Shown here: in pieces, positions 1-7,635 of the stretch
How the letters are laid out: each line of letters begins with the position of its first letter
Position numbering within the stretch: position 1 is the stretch's first letter
Assembly: GCA_024206155.1 (NCBI GenBank)
Contig: JAAGZR010000662.1
Span: 1 to 63,553 of the forward strand
Direction: 5' to 3'
Source: Aliivibrio sp.
GTDB lineage: Bacteria; Pseudomonadota; Gammaproteobacteria; Enterobacterales; Vibrionaceae
Length of the DNA: 63,553 bases
The notes under the pieces: generated by a model
What the model was told of the DNA's origin: nothing
Databases searched by the model: none
What the model saw: the letters and a program-made list of their open reading frames with translations, nothing else
Translations under genes and position numbers: made by a program

Positions 1-141
1 CCCAGAAAATTGCAAACTCGAATTTACTACGGTTCTGTCGATTATCATTCCTTGAGCTGAATTACTTAATACGTCAGAAATTGTAGAATCTTTTATATAA
101 ATGAATCCTAAAATATTTGTGCCATTCAAAGAAATATCTTC
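1..141. repeat. Terminal overlap, identical to 63413-63553 (circular assembly; unit genome about 63412 bp)
   Basis: The first 141 nt (cccagaaaat...aatatcttc) reappear as the last 141 nt, and a reading frame runs through the join. Confidence 0.95.
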
Positions 142-1623
142 TGTTATAACACATCCGGAAAAAGCTGGACCAGCTCCAGAATTTCCCGAAATCCTGACTG
201 AAACACTTCCCGAAGTTCTGGATATATTACATTCGTTAAAACGAGTATTAGTAGAGCCAGTGTCAGCAACAGTATCATTTCCTGCAGTAACCATGTCGAT
301 GTTATGAAATTCTATGCTATCACATGTGTTGTCAAGAAGTACTCGACCAACTACAGTATTTTTAGTGCCGCTTGATCCCATTCCAAAAAAAGTAACATTG
401 CTTAAATTGCTTCCAGTTAGATCAATATCTTCTGTTGAGTTTTGAGAAAATATATGCAAAGTATCATAATCAGAAAGAGCTGAAACAGCAGTTACAATAC
501 TATTATAAGTTTCTCCGGTATTTACAATTCGACAAACTCCTCCTTTATCTATCTTATCATCTAAAGCTGCTTGAGTAGCTGTTGAAATAGGCTTGTCCAA
601 ATCAGAAGTATTATCAACATTTCCTAAACCAACATCATTTTTATCTAACTGTTGATTTACCCAGGTAGTTCCGTTAAAATATAAAACCTGGCCATTAGCG
701 GGTGAAGTTATAACAACATCCGATAAGTTATCTAAAGACATATCTGTTAAAGCGGCTAGTGGAATTTTTAGCCAAGCACAAACCCGAACGTCACTAGCTC
801 CACCTCCTATTATTGTTCTAAAGCCTATAACATCACCTACCGAAACAGAAACAGTAGGAGCTAACAAATTTATTCCTGAATTAGTTGATTGAGGTCCAGT
901 TGTAGCGGCAAAAACAGAATTGACTTCTACAGAAATTTCGGTATTAGTTCCTGAATTATCCGCTTGATAAGACATTGCAAATATTTCAGCATCAATTGGA
1001 AGTGTAATACCAATATCCCCAGTGGCACCGTTACCAAATGACCATTCTTGTGCATTATTTGCCAAGCCTCCATTTTCTTCAGCCCAAATAGGAAATAAAC
1101 CAAAATTATTCCCAGCAACTAAAGGAATAGGACCAAAAACAATATCTGTCACTCCTATTGTGATAGGATTATTCGTAGTAACTATCCAACAAGTATCAGG
1201 ATTAACCAGGCCTTCCGTTACAATAATAGCTGAACCAGCAACTACTTCAGAATCTTGATCAAAATCAGAAGAGCGAGTTAGAGCAGTACTGCTAGTATCA
1301 AAAACATAGATACCGTTTTCAGTGAGAGTTGTTTGATCCTTAAGAAGAATTCTATCTCCTGCTACTAAGGTTGTGTTATCAATTGAAACTCCAGGGCTGG
1401 CGATATTAACGTCTGCTGTTGATGCTACTCTTACTGGATTTTTCCAACTAAGAGAATCAAAACTTATCATACTTGAGTCTATTTTACCAGTAGCATCCAG
1501 CACAATAGGCTTTCCTGAATCTGCAGCCCCTGTGGAAGAATTAATAAAATCAGAAGTTTCGTAAGCTCCGGGAGATTCTTGATTATCTCCATTTGAATTA
1601 TTATAAATAAATTTCTTAGTCAT
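1..1623 (-). CDS. N-terminal part of the giant fibre/adhesin protein; continues across the junction into 59591..63412 (total 1814 aa)
   Basis: ATG at 1623 overlaps the TGA of the 1620..2030 ORF. It reads MTKKFIYNNSNGD...SWKNPVRVASTADVNIASPG...GDRILLKDQTTLTENGIYVF... with no stop seen, and is in frame with the track ORF starting at 63541 (equivalent to 129; 1623-129=1494, divisible by 3). Confidence 0.85.
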   Translation of the reverse strand, partial: MTKKFIYNNSNGDNQESPGAYETSDFINSSTGAADSGKPIVLDATGKIDSSMISFDSLSWKNPVRVASTADVNIASPGVSIDNTTLVAGDRILLKDQTTLTENGIYVFDTSSTALTRSSDFDQDSEVVAGSAIIVTEGLVNPDTCWIVTTNNPITIGVTDIVFGPIPLVAGNNFGLFPIWAEENGGLANNAQEWSFGNGATGDIGITLPIDAEIFAMSYQADNSGTNTEISVEVNSVFAATTGPQSTNSGINLLAPTVSVSVGDVIGFRTIIGGGASDVRVCAWLKIPLAALTDMSLDNLSDVVITSPANGQVLYFNGTTWVNQQLDKNDVGLGNVDNTSDLDKPISTATQAALDDKIDKGGVCRIVNTGETYNSIVTAVSALSDYDTLHIFSQNSTEDIDLTGSNLSNVTFFGMGSSGTKNTVVGRVLLDNTCDSIEFHNIDMVTAGNDTVADTGSTNTRFNECNISRTSGSVSVRISGNSGAGPAFSGCVITEDISLNGTNILGFIYIKDSTISDVLSNSAQGMIIDRTVVNSSLQFSG

Positions 1624-2030
1624 ACTTGTAATACTCTTTGCGCGTTAGAGAAAAAGAAAATTTGAGTAGTAGAAACTGCAATTCCTAAAATTTGAACATA
1701 GCCAGAAGAAGGTTTAGTTTCTGTTATAGTTCCATCAATGTCTAAAAATATTTTAGAACCTATAGAAAGTCCTGTGTACCCATCGTTAATACCTAAGATT
1801 AAAACCACACAAGTAGTTGTAGTAGGTTTTCCTATTATAACCCCGATACTAATATTTAATTCTGTGTTATTTACGTTGGTAATAACTTTAGTCGGGTTTG
1901 TTGCGTCTTGATAAACAATATCATTTATTTGAGCCGTACCGTCACAATCAAATTGAAGCTCAACTCTACTAGCTGCTCCTGTTATTGGAGGGGGTATAAA
2001 TTGAATGACATTACTTAAATTTGAACTCAT
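1620..2030 (-). CDS. Putative virion structural/fibre-accessory protein
   Basis: Beta-rich sequence (GLSIGSKIFLDIDGTITETKPSSGYVQILGIAVS) of the kind seen in small capsid/fibre accessory proteins; coupled to the giant fibre gene. Confidence 0.5.
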   Translation of the reverse strand: MSSNLSNVIQFIPPPITGAASRVELQFDCDGTAQINDIVYQDATNPTKVITNVNNTELNISIGVIIGKPTTTTCVVLILGINDGYTGLSIGSKIFLDIDGTITETKPSSGYVQILGIAVSTTQIFFFSNAQRVLQV

Positions 2031-2599
2031 GTTCTAGTCACCTCAAGTATCCTGGTATCGATAGTACCAGAACTAGCTACTAAAAACAAGCTAGCATTAG
2101 GATCTAAATCAATACTGGTTCCTTCTCTAGAAATCATAGGCCAACCATCTAATAAGGTAGTATTATCTTCAGCTAAGTATAAAATTTGACCGCTTGCCGG
2201 ATCTGACCAATTTCTTATTGCTATACTGATTCTATCTGAAGTATTTACAATTTGAACCACTGAAGTTCCTACATTTATTTTTTGAGTAGCAAATCCATTA
2301 GCAAGTTCTATTACTACCGTTATGGTTCCAGAAATAGAAACATCTGTTTTCTTTTCTAGAATTCCTTTCCAAATATCTATTTGATAATTACGGTATTCAA
2401 TACCATTAAAGATAGGCCAACCATCTACAGTATACGATATGTTTACGGTTTCGGTGTTTCCTGTAAAACCTACATTATAAACAATTATAGTAGGTCTGTT
2501 TTGAGCGTCGTAAGTTACAGAAGCTAAAGGGTCTCCGGTCTTAGGTCTTTTTGCTGTAAGGTAATTTACACTACTGGTTGTCTTCGCCATAGAGGCCAT
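2027..2599 (-). CDS. Hypothetical protein, probably virion-associated
   Basis: 190-aa ORF with overlapping stop/start in the late operon. Confidence 0.55.
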   Translation of the reverse strand: MASMAKTTSSVNYLTAKRPKTGDPLASVTYDAQNRPTIIVYNVGFTGNTETVNISYTVDGWPIFNGIEYRNYQIDIWKGILEKKTDVSISGTITVVIELANGFATQKINVGTSVVQIVNTSDRISIAIRNWSDPASGQILYLAEDNTTLLDGWPMISREGTSIDLDPNASLFLVASSGTIDTRILEVTRT

Positions 2600-2912
2600 T
2601 CTCCATTACAATATCAATAATGTCAGGAATTACTGATTCCATTATCGTACAAATTTGTTCTTCTACCGGTTCAAGTATTTGATAGTCAACACCTGCTAAT
2701 CTCAGCCCTCCATGAACAAGCTCATGAATTAAGACCCTCAATGCGAACTCACCCTTCAGCGAGTTATTCAACTCTATAGTTCTTTTTTCAATATCACACT
2801 GACCATGATGTTCTTTATGGGGTTTGCGATGTTTTACTTCAAGAGTTTGTCCAAGCAGCGTAACTGTTTTGAGATGCTTAAGACTTTGTTTTGGGTTTAT
2901 AGGTTTCATCAA
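2571..2912 (-). CDS. HExxH zincin-like (ImmA/IrrE-type) metallopeptidase-fold protein
   Basis: HGQCDIEKRTIELN...VLIHELVHG...EEQIC pattern. Confidence 0.65.
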   Translation of the reverse strand: MMKPINPKQSLKHLKTVTLLGQTLEVKHRKPHKEHHGQCDIEKRTIELNNSLKGEFALRVLIHELVHGGLRLAGVDYQILEPVEEQICTIMESVIPDIIDIVMENGLYGEDNQ

Positions 2913-2920
2913 ACAAGACC

Positions 2921-3445
2921 CTACTTAACAGTTTTTGGTATAAACATATCAAGGTCTAAGCCCGCTGCCTTAGCCGCCTCTTTAATGTCGTCTGATATAT
3001 CTCCTGACTTATCATTACCGGCATCTTTACCGCTAGCTTTTTCATATACCCCATTGGACTTAAATGCGATGTCAACAGCTTTTAGTACGTCTCCTGCCCT
3101 AGACTCATCGTCTCCTAAAACTTTGTTTAGGGCGGCATATGCGAGCTCTAAAGTGCTATTGCGCACTTCTTCCATACTCTTTTCATTTTTAAACCAAGCC
3201 AGCCCTTCTTCACTAATCTTAAAGTTTTTAAGTCCTAGCACTTGTGCGATAAACACCCGAGTCCACTCTTTTTTAGGTGTACCCGAAAAAGGACCATTTC
3301 CGTTTATTCTGTAGTAAAACGTAGTCTTCGCTTGGATATCTTCGGCGCTAGGCTTGTAGAGGGTGTCGATGATTCTTCTGATGGTCGATCCAACATCCCC
3401 TGTTCCTGTTCCTGTGATTTCACGTCCATTTCCGTTATTTGACAT
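2921..3445 (-). CDS. Hypothetical protein (weak candidate for small terminase subunit)
   Basis: GGAG SD upstream; helical C-half (DVLKAVDIAFKSNGVY); lies near the putative genome-end region. Function is inferred only. Confidence 0.4.
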   Translation of the reverse strand: MSNNGNGREITGTGTGDVGSTIRRIIDTLYKPSAEDIQAKTTFYYRINGNGPFSGTPKKEWTRVFIAQVLGLKNFKISEEGLAWFKNEKSMEEVRNSTLELAYAALNKVLGDDESRAGDVLKAVDIAFKSNGVYEKASGKDAGNDKSGDISDDIKEAAKAAGLDLDMFIPKTVK

Positions 3446-3870
3446 TCTGAACTCTCCTTTTCTAAATCTTTGTTTGTCGTTGGTCCTTCGGTTATGTTAG
3501 AAGGAGAGGCGATTATATTTTCAGTACCACCGCCCACGGCACAATCGGAAGGAGAGACCGCCTCAGCTTGGGGGGCTGAGGGCGCTACCATTAGTAGGTC
3601 AGCATTTACAGTCAGCTCTACGTATCCTCTCTTCCATTCTAGTATGTTTATATATTGCATTTCATTTAACCACTCTAAGCAGTCTTTGATTATAAAAGCT
3701 TTAGCTGCTGCTAATCTAGACAATTGCGTTGGCGCAGTTATAATACGATTGGGCGCAGGCCTTTCTAGTTCTCTATTGTATAAAAGATTGCATAGTACGC
3801 GAAACCGAGCATGTCTCACTTTCTTTTCGCGCAACCATGGTTTTTCAATTTGTTCTTGTGTTCTAGGCAT
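3304..3870 (-). CDS. Hypothetical protein, possible winged-helix DNA-binding protein
   Basis: First gene behind the 4004-4032 promoter; TQLSRLAAAKAFIIKDCLEWLNEMQYINI resembles a wHTH pattern. Confidence 0.4.
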   Translation of the reverse strand: MPRTQEQIEKPWLREKKVRHARFRVLCNLLYNRELERPAPNRIITAPTQLSRLAAAKAFIIKDCLEWLNEMQYINILEWKRGYVELTVNADLLMVAPSAPQAEAVSPSDCAVGGGTENIIASPSNITEGPTTNKDLEKESSECQITEMDVKSQEQEQGMLDRPSEESSTPSTSLAPKISKRRLRFTTE

Positions 3871-4003
3871 TAATATCTAATCCTTCCGGGAATAGTACAG
3901 ATCTCTCGTTACATACTCGTACTCACGTTCCAGCTCTCAGTATCTCATGTCCTGAAGGCCATTTCAATACTAGAGTGCTGTAGCACTCGTATACAACATC
4001 GAG

Positions 4004-4032
4004 ATTTTAGCATACTTTATCTTATTTGTCAA
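4004..4032 (-). promoter_or_regulatory. Sigma70-type promoter for the leftward operon
   Basis: Minus strand TTGACA-N17-TAAAAT with extended TGn. Confidence 0.7.
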
Positions 4033-4748
4033 GTTTTAGGGTCATTTAAATTATGCCTTAATAAAGATTTACTGGCTGGATAGTTATCCTAGTATTGTAT
4101 TATAGCAATGATTCTAAGCACTTAGAGGAAGGGATGATAGTATCGCAGTGTTACTAGCATAAGGCGTGCTATCACCATTGCTTTGTGGATACCGGCGTTA
4201 CCTACGGCGCTTTAAAATCGCGTCTAGTGCGTAAGAGTCAATCTCTCCCTCCCTCGACTTTTGTCCCCCCACTTACGGGGTACCCCCCCTCGCCCTAGAA
4301 TAGAGAACTCGTTTCACTTTCACCCCCTCCCGCCGCGATTCTCCCCGCTCCGACGCAGTTACCGCCGCTGCCTTCGCGCAGTAATCCCAGACTTCGCTTG
4401 CTCACACATAGCCAGGGCCATTCCTGCACGGGGTTGGGTGGGGTGGGGTGGGGATGGTTAATGACTTTTCCCTCACTACATATAAACACCCATGTCTAAC
4501 GTCCACGTCAAGAGCCTTTTCTGTATTGGTCTATAGCTAGGCATTAGGGAATTATACTGCGCTCAGATTGCGTGTTTTGTAACCCCTTAATATTACAGTG
4601 TTTATTAGGTAATGAGTCCAGAAACTCCCTACACTAAAAAACTGCAGGCTGGAGGAATTACCTCAACGAGCTAGGTCTGTGCATAAAGCCGTGCCCTACG
4701 CTAATTACGCTTGTAACTTTATGTTATTATTGCCGTAATAAGAAAGTG

Positions 4749-4775
4749 TTAGCTTTTTTGCTGGAATGCCGATAG
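4749..4775 (+). promoter_or_regulatory. Candidate sigma28 (FliA)-type promoter for the ribozyme leader/early operon
   Basis: TTAGCTTT-N11-GCCGATAG versus consensus TAAAGTTT-N11-GCCGATAA; the predicted start (~4782) falls just before the first hairpin at 4790. Confidence 0.5.
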
Positions 4776-4810
4776 GGTATATAACAACAGCAAGTCAGGG
4801 AGGCTTGCAC

Positions 4811-4886
4811 TACCGAAACACAGGCGCACATAGTGCGCGGTGTCGCTAGCAGGATGATAACCTCTAGCCTGACGATGGTAAATCAC
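4811..4886 (+). ncRNA. Hammerhead ribozyme 1 (type II, extra U after A9)
   Basis: Stem II TACC(4811-14)/GGTA(4877-80). GAAA then stem III ACAC/GTGT capped by the GCGCAC-ata-GTGCGC hairpin. GUC cleavage after C4844. Stem I GCTAG(4845-49)/CTAGC(4864-68). Core CTGACGA(4869-75). Loop-I TGAT can pair with 3' ATCA(4882-85). Confidence 0.85.
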
Positions 4887-5070
4887 AGAACTAGTAACTA
4901 CGGTAGGAATACTACCATCCGCGAATGGTAATTTATTACGCGGGGCGATGTCGAAAGTGTGGAAACTGGGGATTGCTGGCAGTTACTAGGCTACTAGCCG
5001 AAAATTACAAACAATGTGAGAAGGTCTAGCAGGAGATTAGGCTACATCGAGTTAATCACATTGAATATTA

Positions 5071-5153
5071 GAATCGAAGTGAAATGAGAGGGGATCCTAC
5101 CTCTCTCATAGTATGGTACTGGCCCTATCATGCCTGATGATCAAGGCCGATTC
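5071..5153 (+). ncRNA. Hammerhead ribozyme 2 (type II, irregular stem II)
   Basis: GAAA(5081-84). Stem III ATGAGAGGGG/CCTCTCTCAT. AUA triplet, cleavage after A5110. Stem I GTATGGTA/TATCATGC. Core CTGATGA(5134-40). Outer helix GAATC/GATTC. Loop-I GGCC can pair with GGCC(5145-48). The 10.1-11.1 position is a U-U mismatch. Confidence 0.7.
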
Positions 5154-5216
5154 TGACAACTAACCGAGTATCTTACCCTAAGGCTAAGCCTCCCACCACA
5201 TCGCGCTGCAAGGCGT

Positions 5217-5266
5217 CTCGTCGCATGGCATTGGTAGTCATGCCTGAAGAGTAACCACGAAACGAG
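5217..5266 (+). ncRNA. Hammerhead ribozyme 3 (type III)
   Basis: CTCGTC|GCATGGC-ATTGGTA-GTCATGC-CTGAAGA-GT-AACC-AC-GAA-ACGAG. All core residues present, GUC cleavage after C5222, loop I GGT complementary to loop II ACC. Confidence 0.9.
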
Positions 5267-5275
5267 GAGAACAGT

Positions 5276-5374
5276 ATGAGTTTATTTATTGATAGAGTAG
5301 TTTTAATCGTAGCATCGTCAATAATAGTTTTAATGAGTTATCATGCACTAGCAATTGTGCAAAAACTATACTAA
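5276..5374 (+). CDS. 32-aa single-TM peptide, first early gene (absent from the ORF track)
   Basis: GAGGAG SD then MSLFIDRVVLIVASSIIVLMSYHALAIVQKLY*. Confidence 0.6.
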   Translation: MSLFIDRVVLIVASSIIVLMSYHALAIVQKLY

Positions 5375-5446
5375 ACATGAAAGGAAAAACAAAAATTGCT
5401 GCATTAATTACTCCCAAAAAAATAAAAGAAGGATTTAGGAGACATC

Positions 5447-5725
5447 ATGAAACAATCTATAACACTCAATCAATTTATCGAACAGTTTAAGGCAATGGGC
5501 AGAGATTACTATACATACGAAGCTTACGAAACACTATACAACTTTTTAGAGGAGGTTTACGACGGAGACTATGAGTTGGATGTTATATCTTTGTGTTGTG
5601 AATTTTCACAAGATGCTTTAAGTGATGTGCTAGCTTCTTACGGCCTGCAAGACTTTAACGAGCTGAACGACTACACGCTAGCATTTGAATTAAGCAACGA
5701 CGAAGTATTATACCAAAGTTTTTAA
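5447..5725 (+). CDS. Acidic early phage protein of unknown function
   Basis: Strong SD; [13 protein letters not shown]...[12 protein letters not shown] resembles a recurrent uncharacterised phage family. Confidence 0.65.
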   Translation: MKQSITLNQFIEQFKAMGRDYYTYEAYETLYNFLEEVYDGDYELDVISLCCEFSQDALSDVLASYGLQDFNELNDYTLAFELSNDEVLYQSF

Positions 5726-5751
5726 CGATGGATAAGGATTTAGGAGACATC

Positions 5752-6255
5752 ATGAGAGTAAACGGATACGACATAGGACCAAATGCTGACTTGAGAGATG
5801 CTGACTTGTGCAGTGCTAACTTGATAGGTGCTAACTTGATAGGTGCTTACTTGTGCAGTGCTGACTTGAGAGGTGCTAACTTGATAGGTGCTAACTTGAT
5901 AGGTGCTAACTTGATAGGTGCTAACTTGGGAGGTGCTAACTTGGAAGGTGCTTACTTGGAAGGTGCTAAATTGGGAGGTGCTGACTTGAGAGGTGCTAAC
6001 TTGGAAGGTGCTTACTTGGTAAGTGCTAAGGGTGTTATAGTATTCAGTCTTGGTCGTCACTTTGGTTTTAGCTACAAGTATGACGGCACTGTCTTTGTGC
6101 AAATAGGATGTAAGCACCACAGTCTTGAACATTGGAATAACAACATAAAAGACATTGGAACAAAAAACAAGTACAAAGAAAACGAAATTCATAGATATGC
6201 TACACAATTGTCGATGTTACCGGCACTTTGGAGTACGATGGAGGAGGTAAAATGA
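5752..6255 (+). CDS. Pentapeptide-repeat protein
   Basis: About 16 tandem A(N/D/Y)LxG repeats; C-terminal [12 protein letters not shown] segment; start moved to 5752 behind AGGAG. Confidence 0.9.
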   Translation: MRVNGYDIGPNADLRDADLCSANLIGANLIGAYLCSADLRGANLIGANLIGANLIGANLGGANLEGAYLEGAKLGGADLRGANLEGAYLVSAKGVIVFSLGRHFGFSYKYDGTVFVQIGCKHHSLEHWNNNIKDIGTKNKYKENEIHRYATQLSMLPALWSTMEEVK

Positions 6256-6581
6256 GAACATTTTTGGTAACTAAAGAATTCGTAGTTCAAGCCGATATAT
6301 ACATAGAAGCTGAGAGCTTGGCACATGCTAGAGTACTCGCTGAAGATATCGACAGTGAAAGAGCGGCTGAGCTTGAAAAAACGCGAGAGTGTGAATTAAC
6401 TATAATTGAAGATTATGTTGTGGGTGGGGAAGACATATGAAAGAAATAATGGAAGGGTATACACATCAATTGTGTGCTGATTGTTTAGAAGCTAAACCTA
6501 AAAATCAATTTAATCATAGTTTTATAACTTGTGATTCTTGCATGAAAGGCTCAGATAAAAACACAAAACAAGGAGAACAGT

Positions 6582-6824
6582 ATGAGTGATAAAAATTCAG
6601 AAAAATCTAAAGTTATTGATTTAGCTAAACACAAAAATAAACAAAGTAAAGAAGAGGTAAAGGAGCCGGCTGTCATGAAGCCTAATTTTGATGTTGATGA
6701 TTTCTTTGCAAAAGTGATAAATCAAAACAAAAAAGCTAAAAAGGCGGAGGAGACTAGACGTAAAAAAAATAACGAAATAACTAAAAGAAGATATGACATA
6801 GATAAAGGATCAAAAGACATTTGA
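6582..6824 (+). CDS. Basic hypothetical protein
   Basis: AGGAG SD; KVIDL N-terminal motif; Lys/Arg-rich C-terminal helix. Confidence 0.6.
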   Translation: MSDKNSEKSKVIDLAKHKNKQSKEEVKEPAVMKPNFDVDDFFAKVINQNKKAKKAEETRRKKNNEITKRRYDIDKGSKDI

Positions 6825-6930
6825 AGTGTATAAATTTAATTTTAATAATAATAACAATGACTTGCATATTTGACCAAGGTCAAGTAAAAAAATGCAAAAT
6901 GAAAGAGTTAGTAAAAAAAGGAGAAACTCA

Positions 6931-7188
6931 ATGAAAAGTTTAAAATTGGCCGCGTTTTTATTTATGGCGGTAAGCTGTGGAACTAGTAATGATGTAAATG
7001 TTGACGGAGGAACTGAAAACCAAGTAACTGCCGAAGTGAATTACACTGCTTCAATTTGTGAGGATGAAAGATTCACAGCTAAACAAAAATTGAAATGCAT
7101 AGAACTTATCACTAATCCAGAAGTTACCGCACAAATTCTAAGTGATGAATTAACTGACGAGCAACTAGACGCCCTTCTAGGCCTTTAA
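6931..7188 (+). CDS. Putative lipoprotein
   Basis: AGGAG SD; MKSLKLAAFLFMAVS-C lipobox-like signal. Confidence 0.65.
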   Translation: MKSLKLAAFLFMAVSCGTSNDVNVDGGTENQVTAEVNYTASICEDERFTAKQKLKCIELITNPEVTAQILSDELTDEQLDALLGL

Positions 7189-7635
7189 CAAAAAATAAGG
7201 AGATTTTATGATAACTAAACCAATAAAAACATATATTTATCACGGAATTCTTTTACAAGAAAAAGGTGAATGTTCTATAAATCTTTCTGCCGTGATAGAT
7301 ATTACTTGGGACACTGATCCATCAGCGCCGGAGCCTGTTGCTAGAGTAACACTCACTTCAGGTCAAGTGAGGGTAGTTAAAGACAGTTGTTTGAAAAGCG
7401 AAATAGATAGAATTTTATAGGAGACAATCATGAATGTATTTGATGCAGATATAACAGCGTATGAGCACTATCGGAATAAACTGGTGCAGGTAATGGCTTC
7501 TTTTGATAATATCGAAGATTACATAACAGCTTTAAGCATTGCTCGTGAGGTTGTTATGGTGGAAGATAGATTATCAGTTCTTAAAGAGCTTAAAACTAGT
7601 TCTGCTCTTTCTTCTTCACTTAAGGGAGGAGCAAA

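Noticed and set aside
1-141. Biological direct terminal repeat
   Set aside because: It falls mid-gene and its 141-nt length matches a common assembler k-mer overlap; treated as a circularisation artefact.
4261-4489. Track ORFs 4261..4461(+) and 4295..4489(-)
   Set aside because: By-products of the GC-rich island; Pro/Arg/Gly-biased, with no convincing SD.
4891-4989. tRNA or tRNA-like gene
   Set aside because: Multi-stem, but no TTC T-loop, D-loop GG or 7-nt anticodon loop in the right geometry.
5740-6207. QVST-repeat ORF on the minus strand
   Set aside because: Antisense shadow of the pentapeptide repeats.
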